A stretch of 32,000 nt of DNA from an uncultured Chloroflexia bacterium (GTDB lineage: Bacteria > Chloroflexota > Anaerolineae > Anaerolineales > Anaerolineaceae), in the NCBI GenBank assembly GCA_963704755.1, contig OY969938.1, positions 3,180,001 to 3,212,000 on the forward strand, given 5' to 3'. The position numbers and the translations under genes were made by a program. Shown in pieces: positions 7,209-15,543 of this stretch (position 1 is its first letter; every line of letters begins with the position of its first letter). The notes beneath the pieces are model-generated. The model was not told where the DNA came from and did no database searches. It saw only the letters and a list, made by a program, of their open reading frames with translations.

Positions 7209-7802
7209 CTAATATTGACTGTAATAGGGGCAATCCCCGCCGTAGCCGCCGAAGCCGCCGCCCATCATGCCGTACCCGCCGCCCATGCTGGGGCGAGTGC
7301 TCATCCAATCGGCCTGGTCCTGGCTGATGACCCCATCGGCAACGGCCTGGTCGATGGCCGCGCTGCGAATTTCGACCATCCAGTCGCGGAAATCGGTCAG
7401 CGAGACACCCTGCGAGACGGCAATATCCGCCATGGTCTCACCGCCGGCCAGCCGGCTCTCGATCTCATCCACGCTCAAGCCGAGTTTATCGGCGAAGGCC
7501 GCGACCATGTAGTCGTGCAGCACGCCATCCAGGTTGACCGGGGTGGCTGTGGTGCTGGAGCGGGCATTGTTGTTGGTGTTGGTATTGGTATTGGTATTGG
7601 TATTTGTGTTAGTGTTGGTGTTGGTGTTGCCCCAACTGCCCATCATGCCCATGCCGCCACCCCGCCCGTGCGGGCCATACCCCAAATCACTGTTTTGTCC
7701 GGCCGGTTGTGAGTCTTGGGCTTTGACCACATCGACAGCGCCGAATGCCGCAATGGCAACGGCCAATACTACCAGTCCAACGATCCATTTGTTCATCTTC
7801 AT
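7209..7802 (-). CDS. Secreted Gly/Met-rich protein with an (Asn-Thr)9 repeat (hypothetical)
   Basis: Signal peptide MKMNKWIVGLVVLAVAIAAFGAVDVVKA. GGGMGMMG and GGGYGMMGGGFGGYGG tracts flank a helical core (DYMVAAFADKLGLSVDEIESRL...GVISQDQADWM). It is co-directional with arsC and the metal ATPase. Confidence 0.8.
   Translation of the reverse strand: MKMNKWIVGLVVLAVAIAAFGAVDVVKAQDSQPAGQNSDLGYGPHGRGGGMGMMGSWGNTNTNTNTNTNTNTNTNTNNNARSSTTATPVNLDGVLHDYMVAAFADKLGLSVDEIESRLAGGETMADIAVSQGVSLTDFRDWMVEIRSAAIDQAVADGVISQDQADWMSTRPSMGGGYGMMGGGFGGYGGDCPYYSQY
7567..7628. repeat. Hexanucleotide microsatellite (GTTGGT/ATTGGT, about 10 units) encoding the (NT)n tract
   Basis: TTGTTGTTGGTGTTGGTATTGGTATTGGTATTGGTATTTGTGTTAGTGTTGGTGTTGGTGTT lies inside the CDS. 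Unit length is 6, so copy-number change stays in frame. Confidence 0.85.
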
Positions 7803-7968
7803 ATCCTTTCGGTTGATCCTTTTTTTGTAACCACTCAGGCTTTGGCAAGAAGTGCCGTTTGGTTGAGCGGTTAATCTTCTTTGATGATCAAAGGATATCC
7901 AAAAGGTGTGAAGAAGTTATGAAGACGATGCGAAGATCGTATGTAAACCGGCGTTGGTTAATTTTGAA

Positions 7969-8415
7969 TCAGGCTGAAACCTGGGCCGGGATGTCCTGTT
8001 CGGCCAGCCAGCCGCGGATCTTCTGATCGATCAGGTCGCGCACTTCGCGGAACTTGGCCAGGGTTTCTTCCTCGCTGCCCTGGAAAGCGGCCGGGTCCTC
8101 GAATGGCCAGTGCAGGCGGATGCCCATGCCCGGAAAGATCGGGCAGCGGTCTTCGGCCTTGCTGCATACCGTGATCAGGTACCCGAAATGGATTTTTCCC
8201 ATATAGGTATCCAGCCCCTTGCTGGCCAGTGGGGTTGTGTCCAACCCTGCCTCTTTCAACACCTTCAGAGTGTACGGGTTGATGCCCTTGGGCTCTAACC
8301 CGGCGCTATATACGTCGAAATCATCGCCGGCGTACTTGCGCAGAAAAGCTTCGGCCATCTGGCTGCGGGCTGAATTACCGGTACATAAGAACAACACACG
8401 GGTCTTATTCATCAA
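7969..8415 (-). CDS. arsC: Arsenate reductase, thioredoxin-coupled LMW-PTPase type
   Basis: It has the CTGNSARS P-loop plus the CSKAEDRC cysteine pair (Cys-x6-Cys), as in S. aureus pI258 ArsC Cys10/82/89. GAGGAG lies upstream. The first codon is TTG at 8415, with ATG at 8412. Confidence 0.9.
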   Translation of the reverse strand: MMNKTRVLFLCTGNSARSQMAEAFLRKYAGDDFDVYSAGLEPKGINPYTLKVLKEAGLDTTPLASKGLDTYMGKIHFGYLITVCSKAEDRCPIFPGMGIRLHWPFEDPAAFQGSEEETLAKFREVRDLIDQKIRGWLAEQDIPAQVSA

Positions 8416-8567
8416 TTAACGTCTCCTCGATAGCCGCACAGTACAAGAATGTGGAGCTAACGTGTTTTTTATCGCAGTATCTTGCTACTATGTTAACCAA
8501 ATCCGGTTAAGGAAATGATAAGAAAAAGTTAACGGTTCGTAACTACGCAGACACATGTTATGGCGTT

Positions 8568-8622
8568 CCCGAATTTGAGGCGTTAGCGGGGGCAAAGCCC
8601 CTGTTAACGCCTCAAATTCGGG
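8568..8622. repeat. Palindromic element P2 (18-bp outer arms plus inner GGGG/CCCC stem)
   Basis: CCCGAATTTGAGGCGTTAgcggggGCAAAGcccctgtTAACGCCTCAAATTCGGG. It sits between the ATPase stop and the arsC start. The outer-arm motif is shared with P5. Confidence 0.85.
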
Positions 8623-8660
8623 GTTCTTACCTGTTCGGCAGGGTAGCTACACCGGTTCTT

Positions 8661-10832
8661 TTAGCCCCTGTAGCCCAGCGGACGCATTCCATTGGCCGTA
8701 ACCAATAAGGAGAGGCCGGTATCGGCCAGGACGGCCAGCCAGAGAGTGGCCCAGCCGGTCATGGCCAGCAAGATGAAAGCCAGCTTGATGGCCAGGCTAA
8801 TGGCGATATTTTCGATTACCAATGCCCGGGCGAAGCGCGAAATGCGCAACGCGAAAGGCAGCCGGGCCAGGCCATCGGCCATCAACACCACATCGGCTGT
8901 TTCCATTGCCTGGGCTGAAGCCGCTCCACCCATGGCAATCCCAACACTGGCGGTCGCCAGGGCCGGCGCATCGTTAATCCCATCTCCAACCATCGCTGCC
9001 GGGCCAAACTCGGCCTGCAAATCGCGCAGCGCATCGACTTTTTGGCCGGGCAGCAGGCCGGCCAGGACATGATCGATTTTAAGCTCTGCGGCCACGGCTT
9101 TGGCTGCCCGTGGGTTATCACCGGTTAACAAAGCCATCTTCTGGCCGCTCTTGCGCAGATCTTGAACCACTTGCTGGGATTCGGGGCGGATGCCGTCGCT
9201 GACGGCCAGGTAACCACAGACCCGTTCGCCGTCGCTGACCAGCATGGTGGTTTGGCCAAGCGATTCGGCTGCATCGATCCACTGGCAGACTTTTTGCGGG
9301 TGGGGATGGGCTTCGTCGAAGAAGCGGTGGTTGCCCACCGTGATGGTTCTGCCGCCCAGCTCGCCTTGCAGACCTTTACCGGCCAGGGTGACTACTCCGT
9401 TAGCAGCCGGGTATTCCTGGGCCACACCGCGAGATTGGGCTTCCTGGACGACGGCTTGAGCAATGGGGTGGCTGCTTTGCTGTTCGAGCGAATAAGCCAG
9501 GCCCAGTACCGAGTCGCACTGCGCGCAGGGCTGCCCGCTGGGGCAGTCCACCGAACGCGTGATGGTGACCACCGGCTCGCCGCGGGTGAGCGTGCCGGTC
9601 TTGTCGAAGGCGATCACCTTGACACCGGCCAGCCCTTCGATATAAGCACCGCCCTTGAACAGCACGCCCTTGCGGGCCGCGGCTGCAATGGCGCTGACCA
9701 TCGTGACCGGTGTGCTGATGACCAGCGCACACGGGCAGCCAATGACCAGCATGGCCAGGCCGCGGTAGAGCCAGCCGTGCGTCCCATCCGCCAGGTTGAA
9801 TAACGGCTGGCCGAAAAACAGCGGCGGGATGGCCGCCACCAGGATCGCCAGCACCAGCATGGCCGGCGTGTAATAATGAGCGAAGCGATCCACAAAGCGT
9901 TGGGTGGGCGCACGCTTGGATTGGGCGTCTTCCACCATACGGATGATCCGGCTGAGGGTGGTGTCGGCGGCCAGACGGGTCACTTCGACCTCCAAAGTCC
10001 CCGAACCGTTGACCGTCCCAGCAAAGACCTCGTCGCCGGGGGCCTTGGCCACCGGCAGGCTTTCACCGGTGATGGGCGCCTGGTTGACGTCACTGTGGCC
10101 GTCGTGAATGCGGCCGTCCATGGGGATGCGCTCACCGGCGCGGACCAGGATGCGGTCGCTGACCTGCAGAGCAGCGACCGGCACCGTGTCCTGGCGGCCG
10201 TTTTGCAGGCGGATGGCCTGCGAGGGTGCCAGGCGGACCATGTCGCCGATCGAGCGGCGGGCCCGGTCGGTGGTGTAATCTTCCAGGGCCTCGGAGATGG
10301 CGAATAAGAACACCAGTGAGGCTGCCTCGGGGATCTGGTGAATGACCACGGCTCCGATGGTCGCCACGGTCATGAGAAAATTCATGTTGAAGTCGTGGTT
10401 GATGACCAGGTTGCGCATCGCGCTGATGGCCAGCGGGTAGCCGGCCAGCACAACCGCAATCAGTTGCAGGGGCGTAACCATCCCTTTGGCGATATTGGCC
10501 CAGGTCAGGACAAAGGAAACCAGGATCAACAGGCCGGCCAGCAGCGCCAGGCGTGATTCCAGGCTGGCCCAGATCGATTTCGCCAGGCCAGGCAGGAATT
10601 TGTCCGCCTCGATTACCGCTAGTTCGGGTTCGACCGGCTTGAGGTGATACCCCAGCGCTTCGACCCGGCCGAAGAGCGTCTTTTCGGGCACGTCGCCTTG
10701 CAGAGTCAGTGAGCCGGCCATGAAGTTGACATTGACCCGCACGGCTCCGGGTAACTGACTGATCCCTTTTTCAAGTTTTAAAGCACAGTCCGCACAGTCC
10801 ATGCCTTCGACAATGTATTTACGTGTTTCCAT
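8661..10832 (-). CDS. cadA: Heavy-metal P1B-2 type ATPase (Zn2+/Cd2+/Pb2+ exporter, ZntA/CadA family)
   Basis: Motifs: N-terminal HMA domain GMDCADC, then TGES, CPCALVISTP (CPCx4SxP), DKTGTLT, SSHP, GDGINDAPAL, TM7 NIAISLAIK (Nx7K) and TM8 ADTG (DxG). The true start is ATG 10832 (METRKYIVEG), which overlaps the regulator stop as TAATG. The 796-aa track ORF is an out-of-frame upstream extension over cadC. Confidence 0.93.
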   Translation of the reverse strand: METRKYIVEGMDCADCALKLEKGISQLPGAVRVNVNFMAGSLTLQGDVPEKTLFGRVEALGYHLKPVEPELAVIEADKFLPGLAKSIWASLESRLALLAGLLILVSFVLTWANIAKGMVTPLQLIAVVLAGYPLAISAMRNLVINHDFNMNFLMTVATIGAVVIHQIPEAASLVFLFAISEALEDYTTDRARRSIGDMVRLAPSQAIRLQNGRQDTVPVAALQVSDRILVRAGERIPMDGRIHDGHSDVNQAPITGESLPVAKAPGDEVFAGTVNGSGTLEVEVTRLAADTTLSRIIRMVEDAQSKRAPTQRFVDRFAHYYTPAMLVLAILVAAIPPLFFGQPLFNLADGTHGWLYRGLAMLVIGCPCALVISTPVTMVSAIAAAARKGVLFKGGAYIEGLAGVKVIAFDKTGTLTRGEPVVTITRSVDCPSGQPCAQCDSVLGLAYSLEQQSSHPIAQAVVQEAQSRGVAQEYPAANGVVTLAGKGLQGELGGRTITVGNHRFFDEAHPHPQKVCQWIDAAESLGQTTMLVSDGERVCGYLAVSDGIRPESQQVVQDLRKSGQKMALLTGDNPRAAKAVAAELKIDHVLAGLLPGQKVDALRDLQAEFGPAAMVGDGINDAPALATASVGIAMGGAASAQAMETADVVLMADGLARLPFALRISRFARALVIENIAISLAIKLAFILLAMTGWATLWLAVLADTGLSLLVTANGMRPLGYRG

Positions 10833-11224
10833 TAAGCTACTTTCTCCAGGTGAGGTTCGGTGGTTTCCCGGTGGGTGATGTGCTCCAACCCGAGGTTGTA
10901 CAAGTTGCGGACGTGTTCGTCGTCCAATTCGTAATAGACAACCCGGCCGTCCTTGCGGAAGCGCACCAGGCCCAGGTTGCGCAGCACGCGCAACTGGTGC
11001 GAGATGGCGCTCTGGGTCATGCCCAGCACGGCCGCCAGGTCGCAGACGCACAATTCGCGCTGGCTGAGGGCCGAGATCAGTCGCACCCGGGTGGGGTCCG
11101 ACAGGGCGGCGAAAACCTCAGCCAGGCGGGTGGCGGCCAGCCCATCGATCAGGTCCTGGCCGGCATCCCGCACGGCGTCTTCGTGAATAATATTTTCTAA
11201 ACAGGCAAGTGAATCATTTTTCAT
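10832..11224 (-). CDS. ArsR/SmtB family metal-sensing repressor (CadC/CzrA-like)
   Basis: Winged-HTH region LSDPTRVRLISAL...ELCVCDLAAVLGMTQSAISHQLRVLRNLGLV. It carries an alpha3 CVC site and an alpha5 DEHx10HxxH (DxHx10Hx2H) site. I chose ATG 11224 (MKNDSLACLE) as the start because a promoter and operator lie immediately upstream. Confidence 0.9.
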   Translation of the reverse strand: MKNDSLACLENIIHEDAVRDAGQDLIDGLAATRLAEVFAALSDPTRVRLISALSQRELCVCDLAAVLGMTQSAISHQLRVLRNLGLVRFRKDGRVVYYELDDEHVRNLYNLGLEHITHRETTEPHLEKVA

Positions 11225-11228
11225 GTGA

Positions 11229-11287
11229 ATACCTGAATATATGAGCAAACATTCATGTATTATAGGACGGAATAGGGAATTAATCAA
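11229..11287 (-). promoter_or_regulatory. Sigma70-type promoter with overlapping ArsR-type operator for the cadC-cadA operon
   Basis: The minus strand reads cacTTGATT-aattccctattccgtcc(17 nt)-TATAAT. The -10 box runs into the inverted repeat ATACATGAAT-N12-ATTCAGGTAT (11229-11260, one mismatch). AGGT lies 7 nt before the ATG. Confidence 0.6.
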
Positions 11288-11377
11288 GTGGGTATCTCTT
11301 GCTCTTTCCCCCAAAGAGGAGAGGAACTTTGCCCGCTAGGTCGAGGCATTTGTTGGTGCTCGGTGCTATTACTCTTG

Positions 11378-12170
11378 CTCCTTCCCCCACGTTCCGCGGG
11401 GGAAGGAAAGCCTTGCTGCCGGAGGGTTTTGTTCCGCAAGCTAAGACATCGCGGTCAAGATTTCTTGCTCCTTCCCCCTCTTAGGGGGAAGGCCGGGATG
11501 AGGGTCGGCACTGGCAGGCCGGGGCATAGGCGGGCCGGCGAGGTGCCCGTAATCCACCGTCTCGATTGACAGGCGTTCGCCCTCAACCCCCGGCCCCTTC
11601 CCCCACGTTCCGCGGGGAAGGGGAGTCTTGCTGCCGAAGGGTTTTGTTCCGCAGGCTAAGACATCGCGGTCAAGATTTCTTGCTCCTTCCCCCTCTTAGG
11701 GGGAAGGCCGGGATGAGGGTCAGTGCCGGCAGGCCGGGGCATAGGCGGGCCGGCGAGGTGCCCGTAACCCATCATCTCGATTGACGGGCGTTCGCCCTCA
11801 ACCCCCGGCCCCTTCCCCCACGTTCCGCGGGGAAGGGGAGCCTTGCTGCCGGAGGGTTTTGTTCCGCAGGCTAAGACATCGCGGTCAAGATTTCTTGCTC
11901 CTTCCCCCTCTTAGGAGGAAGGCCGGGATGAGGGTCAGCGCCGGCCGGCCAGGGCATAGGCGGGCCGGCGAGGTGCCCGTAAAACCCACCGTCCCGTTCG
12001 GCAGTCGCTGGCCCTCAACCCCCGGCCCCTTCCCCCACGTTCCGCGGGGGAAGGGGTGCCTTGCTGCCGGAGGGTTTTGTTCCGCAAGCTAAGACATCGC
12101 GGTCATGATTTCTTGCTCCTTCCCCCTCTTAGGGGGAAGGCCGGGATGAGGGTCAGCGCCGGCCGGCCGG
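11378..12170. repeat. Tandem array, about 3.7 copies of a 215-218-bp hairpin-rich unit
   Basis: The CCCCTTCCCCCACGTTCCGCGGGGAAGGGG motif starts at about 11378, 11594, 11809 and 12026. The CCTTCCCCCTCTTAGGGGGAAGG hairpin occurs at 11470, 11685, 11900 and 12118. Units are near-identical except for a short variable patch before CCCTCAACCCCCGG. Confidence 0.9.
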
Positions 12171-12195
12171 GTCACTTGTGGATTACCGGCGCCTT

Positions 12196-13131
12196 TCAAC
12201 CAACTTCTGCCCACCAGCGCAGCACGCGCAGCGCGCGCAGGGTGTTCCAGCGACTGGGGCCGCCGGTTGGCTCCATATCGAAGAACACTCGCCCGGGGTA
12301 TTTTTGCTGGACCGGCCAGCAGCCGTCACTGCGCCGCTTGTGACCCAGCAGTGCGACCGCATCGGCGAGGCGCTCGTCACGCGGTGCGCTGCAGCGGGCA
12401 AAATAGTCCAGGCCGCGCAGAATATCGAAATGCCAGCGGTAGGGGAAGGACAGCATGGTGAACTTTGGATTGATCGCCTCACCAGTCTTGTCGGACCGGT
12501 ACAGGCGGTGCTGGAGCAGCAGGTCCAGCGCGTTTTGTTCGGCCGCCAGGACCTCCTCGCGGCGGTAACCGACGCCGCGCTCGATGACCATGCGCAGCCC
12601 ATCCAGGACGTTTAACGTGGTGTGAAAAGAACTGTGGTGAACGTGTGGATCACGCAGGCGGCGGCAGTTCCAGCCGCCATCCGGCATGCGTTCAGCCAGC
12701 AGGTTATCCAGGATGGCCGGGATGCGCTCATCATCGATGCCAAAATAGACCGCCACCTGTAAGATCATGCCGACGATGCAGCGGTCCAGGTCCGCCAGGC
12801 GCTGTATAAAATGATCATCGCGGACCGGGCCCAGCAGGCTGGCCAGCATCAATTCGGCTCCGCATTGGGCCGGCGTGCAGTCCGCCGGGATGCCGATGTT
12901 GCACAACGTCAGCAAGGTGTAGGTGGTCGAAACCCACTTGGGCGAGTAAATTCCACCACCCCAGCTACCCTGTGGGTCCTGCAACGCCAAAAAACGGGCT
13001 CCCCAGCCTTCGGCCAGCGTGCGCTGCTGCTCGGCGCGCCATTCCTGCTCAGGCGCGGCCAATAAGTCGTGCTGGACCTGCCAGCGGATCGCGGGATCGC
13101 CTTCCATCAGCCAATCCAATACCGGGTCCAT
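12196..13131 (-). CDS. Alpha/alpha-toroid protein (prenyltransferase/squalene-cyclase-like repeats), function unknown
   Basis: Recurring W/G-rich repeat signatures: QDPQGSWGGG, MPDGGWNC, RRSDGCWP. AAGGA lies 7 nt upstream of ATG 13131 (MDPVLDWLMEG). The track start at 13224 is probably too far upstream. Confidence 0.7.
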   Translation of the reverse strand: MDPVLDWLMEGDPAIRWQVQHDLLAAPEQEWRAEQQRTLAEGWGARFLALQDPQGSWGGGIYSPKWVSTTYTLLTLCNIGIPADCTPAQCGAELMLASLLGPVRDDHFIQRLADLDRCIVGMILQVAVYFGIDDERIPAILDNLLAERMPDGGWNCRRLRDPHVHHSSFHTTLNVLDGLRMVIERGVGYRREEVLAAEQNALDLLLQHRLYRSDKTGEAINPKFTMLSFPYRWHFDILRGLDYFARCSAPRDERLADAVALLGHKRRSDGCWPVQQKYPGRVFFDMEPTGGPSRWNTLRALRVLRWWAEVG

Positions 13132-13521
13132 GTTTGGGTCCTTTATGATTCTTCTTCGGGCTCGTGTAAAAAAGTCTACGAATTGGAGGGATGCGCGCAG
13201 AGCGCAATTCTGGGACTCCCTCAAGTTTGGGTTTAACCCTTTAGTGGATCAAATACCCACTACCAATATTATAGAAACATCCGCTAAATTTCTATCCTGG
13301 GATTCCCAACAAAAATAAAAGGTTCAGCGCCCTTGCGGAAAATTACCCGGCCTGGCCGGGTAAACCTGCTATAATTATTGGGCTCTGATCGAACATGGGG
13401 AGATTTTTATTTTGAGGTTGGCGGGCTCGCAGCTCGTGACCCAAAAACAGGTGTTTTCCCAGTGTCGCCAGGGATCCCACATTGATTTATTCTTATCTAA
13501 TTTGTGCAAGGGATTTGGCCT

Positions 13522-14031
13522 ATGCGCCGAGAAATATTGACCTGGAACGATGTTGATAAACTAATCGATCACCTTCTGCCCCAGTTCGAAGGAGAATTCG
13601 ATTCGATGGTTATGATCACCCACGGGGGCATCATCCCCGGCGGGATGCTGGCTGAAGCCATGAAAATGGATAACATCCTGACCGCATCGGTGGATTTCCC
13701 GGCCGAGATGGAGCAGGATAGTGAAAAAGAAAAAACGCGCTGGCTGGCCTGGCCGAAATTTCTCCAGTTCCCCGAAACCGACCTGCTGCGGAACCACCGC
13801 ATTTTGGTCGTGGATGACGTGTGGGGCTCTGGCCGCACGATCACGGCGGTCAAGAACCGGGTGAGCAGCGCAGGCGGATCGCCTTTTACCTGCGTACTGC
13901 ACTTCAACCCTTACCGCAACCTGTTCGGCACCGCCCGGCCGGATTATTACGCTGCTATCACCGATGCGCATATTGTCTATCCCTGGGAAATGAACCGCGG
14001 CCCACATACCATCTTGCTGCGGGATTTCTAG
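13522..14031 (+). CDS. Type I phosphoribosyltransferase, Gpt (xanthine-guanine PRT)-like
   Basis: PRPP-binding loop ILVVDDVWGSGRTI. The layout is Gpt-like: TWNDV..., THGGIIPG, and a C-terminal IVYPWE. AGGGA lies 8 nt before ATG 13522. The track start at 13504 is GTG. Confidence 0.85.
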   Translation: MRREILTWNDVDKLIDHLLPQFEGEFDSMVMITHGGIIPGGMLAEAMKMDNILTASVDFPAEMEQDSEKEKTRWLAWPKFLQFPETDLLRNHRILVVDDVWGSGRTITAVKNRVSSAGGSPFTCVLHFNPYRNLFGTARPDYYAAITDAHIVYPWEMNRGPHTILLRDF

Positions 14032-14113
14032 GGCACAATTAACAGATATTTTTCGACCTGGCGGGTAAAAAAAAAGTAAACACACCAATTTAAAAACGTC
14101 TGCCAAGGGTAAA

Positions 14114-14150
14114 GCAAAAAGGATGGGAAATCCCATCCTTTTTTGTTGTT
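14114..14150. terminator. Bidirectional intrinsic terminator between convergent PRT and DoxX genes
   Basis: GCAAAAA-GGATGGG-aaat-CCCATCC-TTTTTTGTTGTTT. An A-run lies upstream and a T-run downstream. Confidence 0.75.
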
Positions 14151-14171
14151 TAATTTAGGAAGAAAATCCGG

Positions 14172-14756
14172 CTATTGACCGGCTTCCACCGGTTTTGGCG
14201 CAAATACTTTCCCGGGTTGCCAGGGCGTTCCCAGGGCGGGCAGAATGAAATGATCCAATCCCAGCCAACCGGCCGTCTTCCAGGCCAGGATCAAGAAGAC
14301 CGACAGGGTGAACAGCACCGGGTTGATGCTGGCCGAACCGGCCATCATAAAATTCCAGTTCATGAAGCCGCCGAAGAATGCCGCGATGCCGGTGAACAGG
14401 CCCAAAATCATCGCGATACCGATCAGTAGCTCACCAGCTACAATAATCTTGGAAAACCAGGTATAGGCATTGGCATTCAGCATGGCCTGCAGGAAATCAC
14501 GGTACCAGGCAAAAGCAATCGCCGGATGGCCGGCATCGGGAATAGCCACGGCGCTGGTCCAGAAACCTTTTAATGCCGTTCCGGTCTGAGTCCAGGCGGG
14601 ACTTTGTAGTTTTTCGATACCCGCGGACAGCCAGGAATAACCCACATACACACGGGCGATCAACCACAGCCAACTCCAGCGGGGGTCGCCAAATAAGGAT
14701 TTGGCGAAGGATGGATCCTCAAGACCTACAACTTTTTGTTTTGCTTGTGCAGCCAA
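14172..14756 (-). CDS. DoxX family membrane protein
   Basis: 194 aa with four hydrophobic segments and a DoxX-like pattern (RVYVGYSWLSAGIEKL...ELLIGIAMILGLFTGIAAFFG). TTG start with a perfect AAGGAGG 5 nt upstream. Confidence 0.85.
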   Translation of the reverse strand: MAAQAKQKVVGLEDPSFAKSLFGDPRWSWLWLIARVYVGYSWLSAGIEKLQSPAWTQTGTALKGFWTSAVAIPDAGHPAIAFAWYRDFLQAMLNANAYTWFSKIIVAGELLIGIAMILGLFTGIAAFFGGFMNWNFMMAGSASINPVLFTLSVFLILAWKTAGWLGLDHFILPALGTPWQPGKVFAPKPVEAGQ

Positions 14757-14838
14757 AGCAACCTCCTTTACTCAATAAGGTAAAATTTCAATTTCATAAA
14801 TAATACCTCAATAATCGTAATTGAGTATCATGTTTGTG

Positions 14839-14854
14839 TGTGACATTTATCACA
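14839..14854. promoter_or_regulatory. Perfect CRP/FNR-family consensus palindrome TGTGA-N6-TCACA
   Basis: TGTGACATTTATCACA lies in the AT-rich region 83-98 nt upstream of the doxX start. It is the only perfect TGTGA-N6-TCACA I noticed in a by-eye scan of the window. Confidence 0.4.
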
Positions 14855-15060
14855 TTTAGTATCTTTTTTGGGTAATTTCGCCTTAAACAAGGACCGGCGA
14901 AAAACTCTAATGCGGATTTAACGATTGGTTTGCCCCACAACCGCTGTTTCACACAAAAAACTGTTTGGCCGCAAGAATGTTTTGCGGGCAAAAGACGTGG
15001 CCGGTTGCTAATCCGTTTGGGTATCGCTTAGCGCCTGGACGGTATCTAGAATTACAGCGG

Positions 15061-15453
15061 TTACGCCTGACGGGTCAACCAGCATATGAAAATGTACTCC
15101 AGTGACCCTGTGGATAATCCATTCGACTTGCACTGCCTGGTCGAAGTCGTATTTGTACGCAGCGCTGAATTTGATATAAGCACAAAGCGCATCAGTTCGA
15201 TCCTGCTGAGGTTATTGCGCAGAAGGCCGGCATCTGCAAACACATAGGCGCTAACCGGGCGGGCCAGCGATTGGCGAATAATAAGAAATAATAGCCCCGC
15301 GCCGCGGTGCGCGATCAAATTGATGCTCTGGTTTAGCAAGATTTGGACGAGACTCTCTGCGATTGACCCGGTATGCTGCTGCCAAAAAGGCTGCCCGAGA
15401 TCCGGATTATCCGCAAGCGATGGCACAATCGCGGACACACCTCGCCTCTCCAT
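15061..15453 (-). CDS. Orphan ORF, hypothetical (possibly a gene remnant)
   Basis: 130-aa ORF with no SD and no recognisable domain. The first ~85 codons look coding-like; the last third is low-GC and Cys/Thr/Ser-rich. Confidence 0.25.
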   Translation of the reverse strand: MERRGVSAIVPSLADNPDLGQPFWQQHTGSIAESLVQILLNQSINLIAHRGAGLLFLIIRQSLARPVSAYVFADAGLLRNNLSRIELMRFVLISNSALRTNTTSTRQCKSNGLSTGSLEYIFICWLTRQA

Positions 15454-15543
15454 TTCTCGCGATACTTACGACCAGGTCAGCGGCCCAACCAGGGGACGAC
15501 GGATTAAGGCGTATACAATTTCCGGGTTTCTATGGACGATGGC

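Noticed and set aside
10833-11051. 73-aa N-terminal extension of the P-type ATPase ORF (track start 11051).
   Set aside because: The extension overlaps the ArsR/SmtB gene in another frame and is Arg/Pro/Gly-rich. The HMA domain begins right after the internal ATG at 10832, which is TAATG-coupled to the regulator stop.
11288-12343. Series of 60-100-aa plus-strand ORFs (LLLPPLRGKAGMRV...) inside the 215-bp array, and the idea that the arrays are CRISPRs.
   Set aside because: The ORFs are Arg/Pro-rich translations of GC-rich hairpins, start at TTG, and simply restart in each unit. The arrays lack short repeats alternating with unique spacers, and no cas genes are present.
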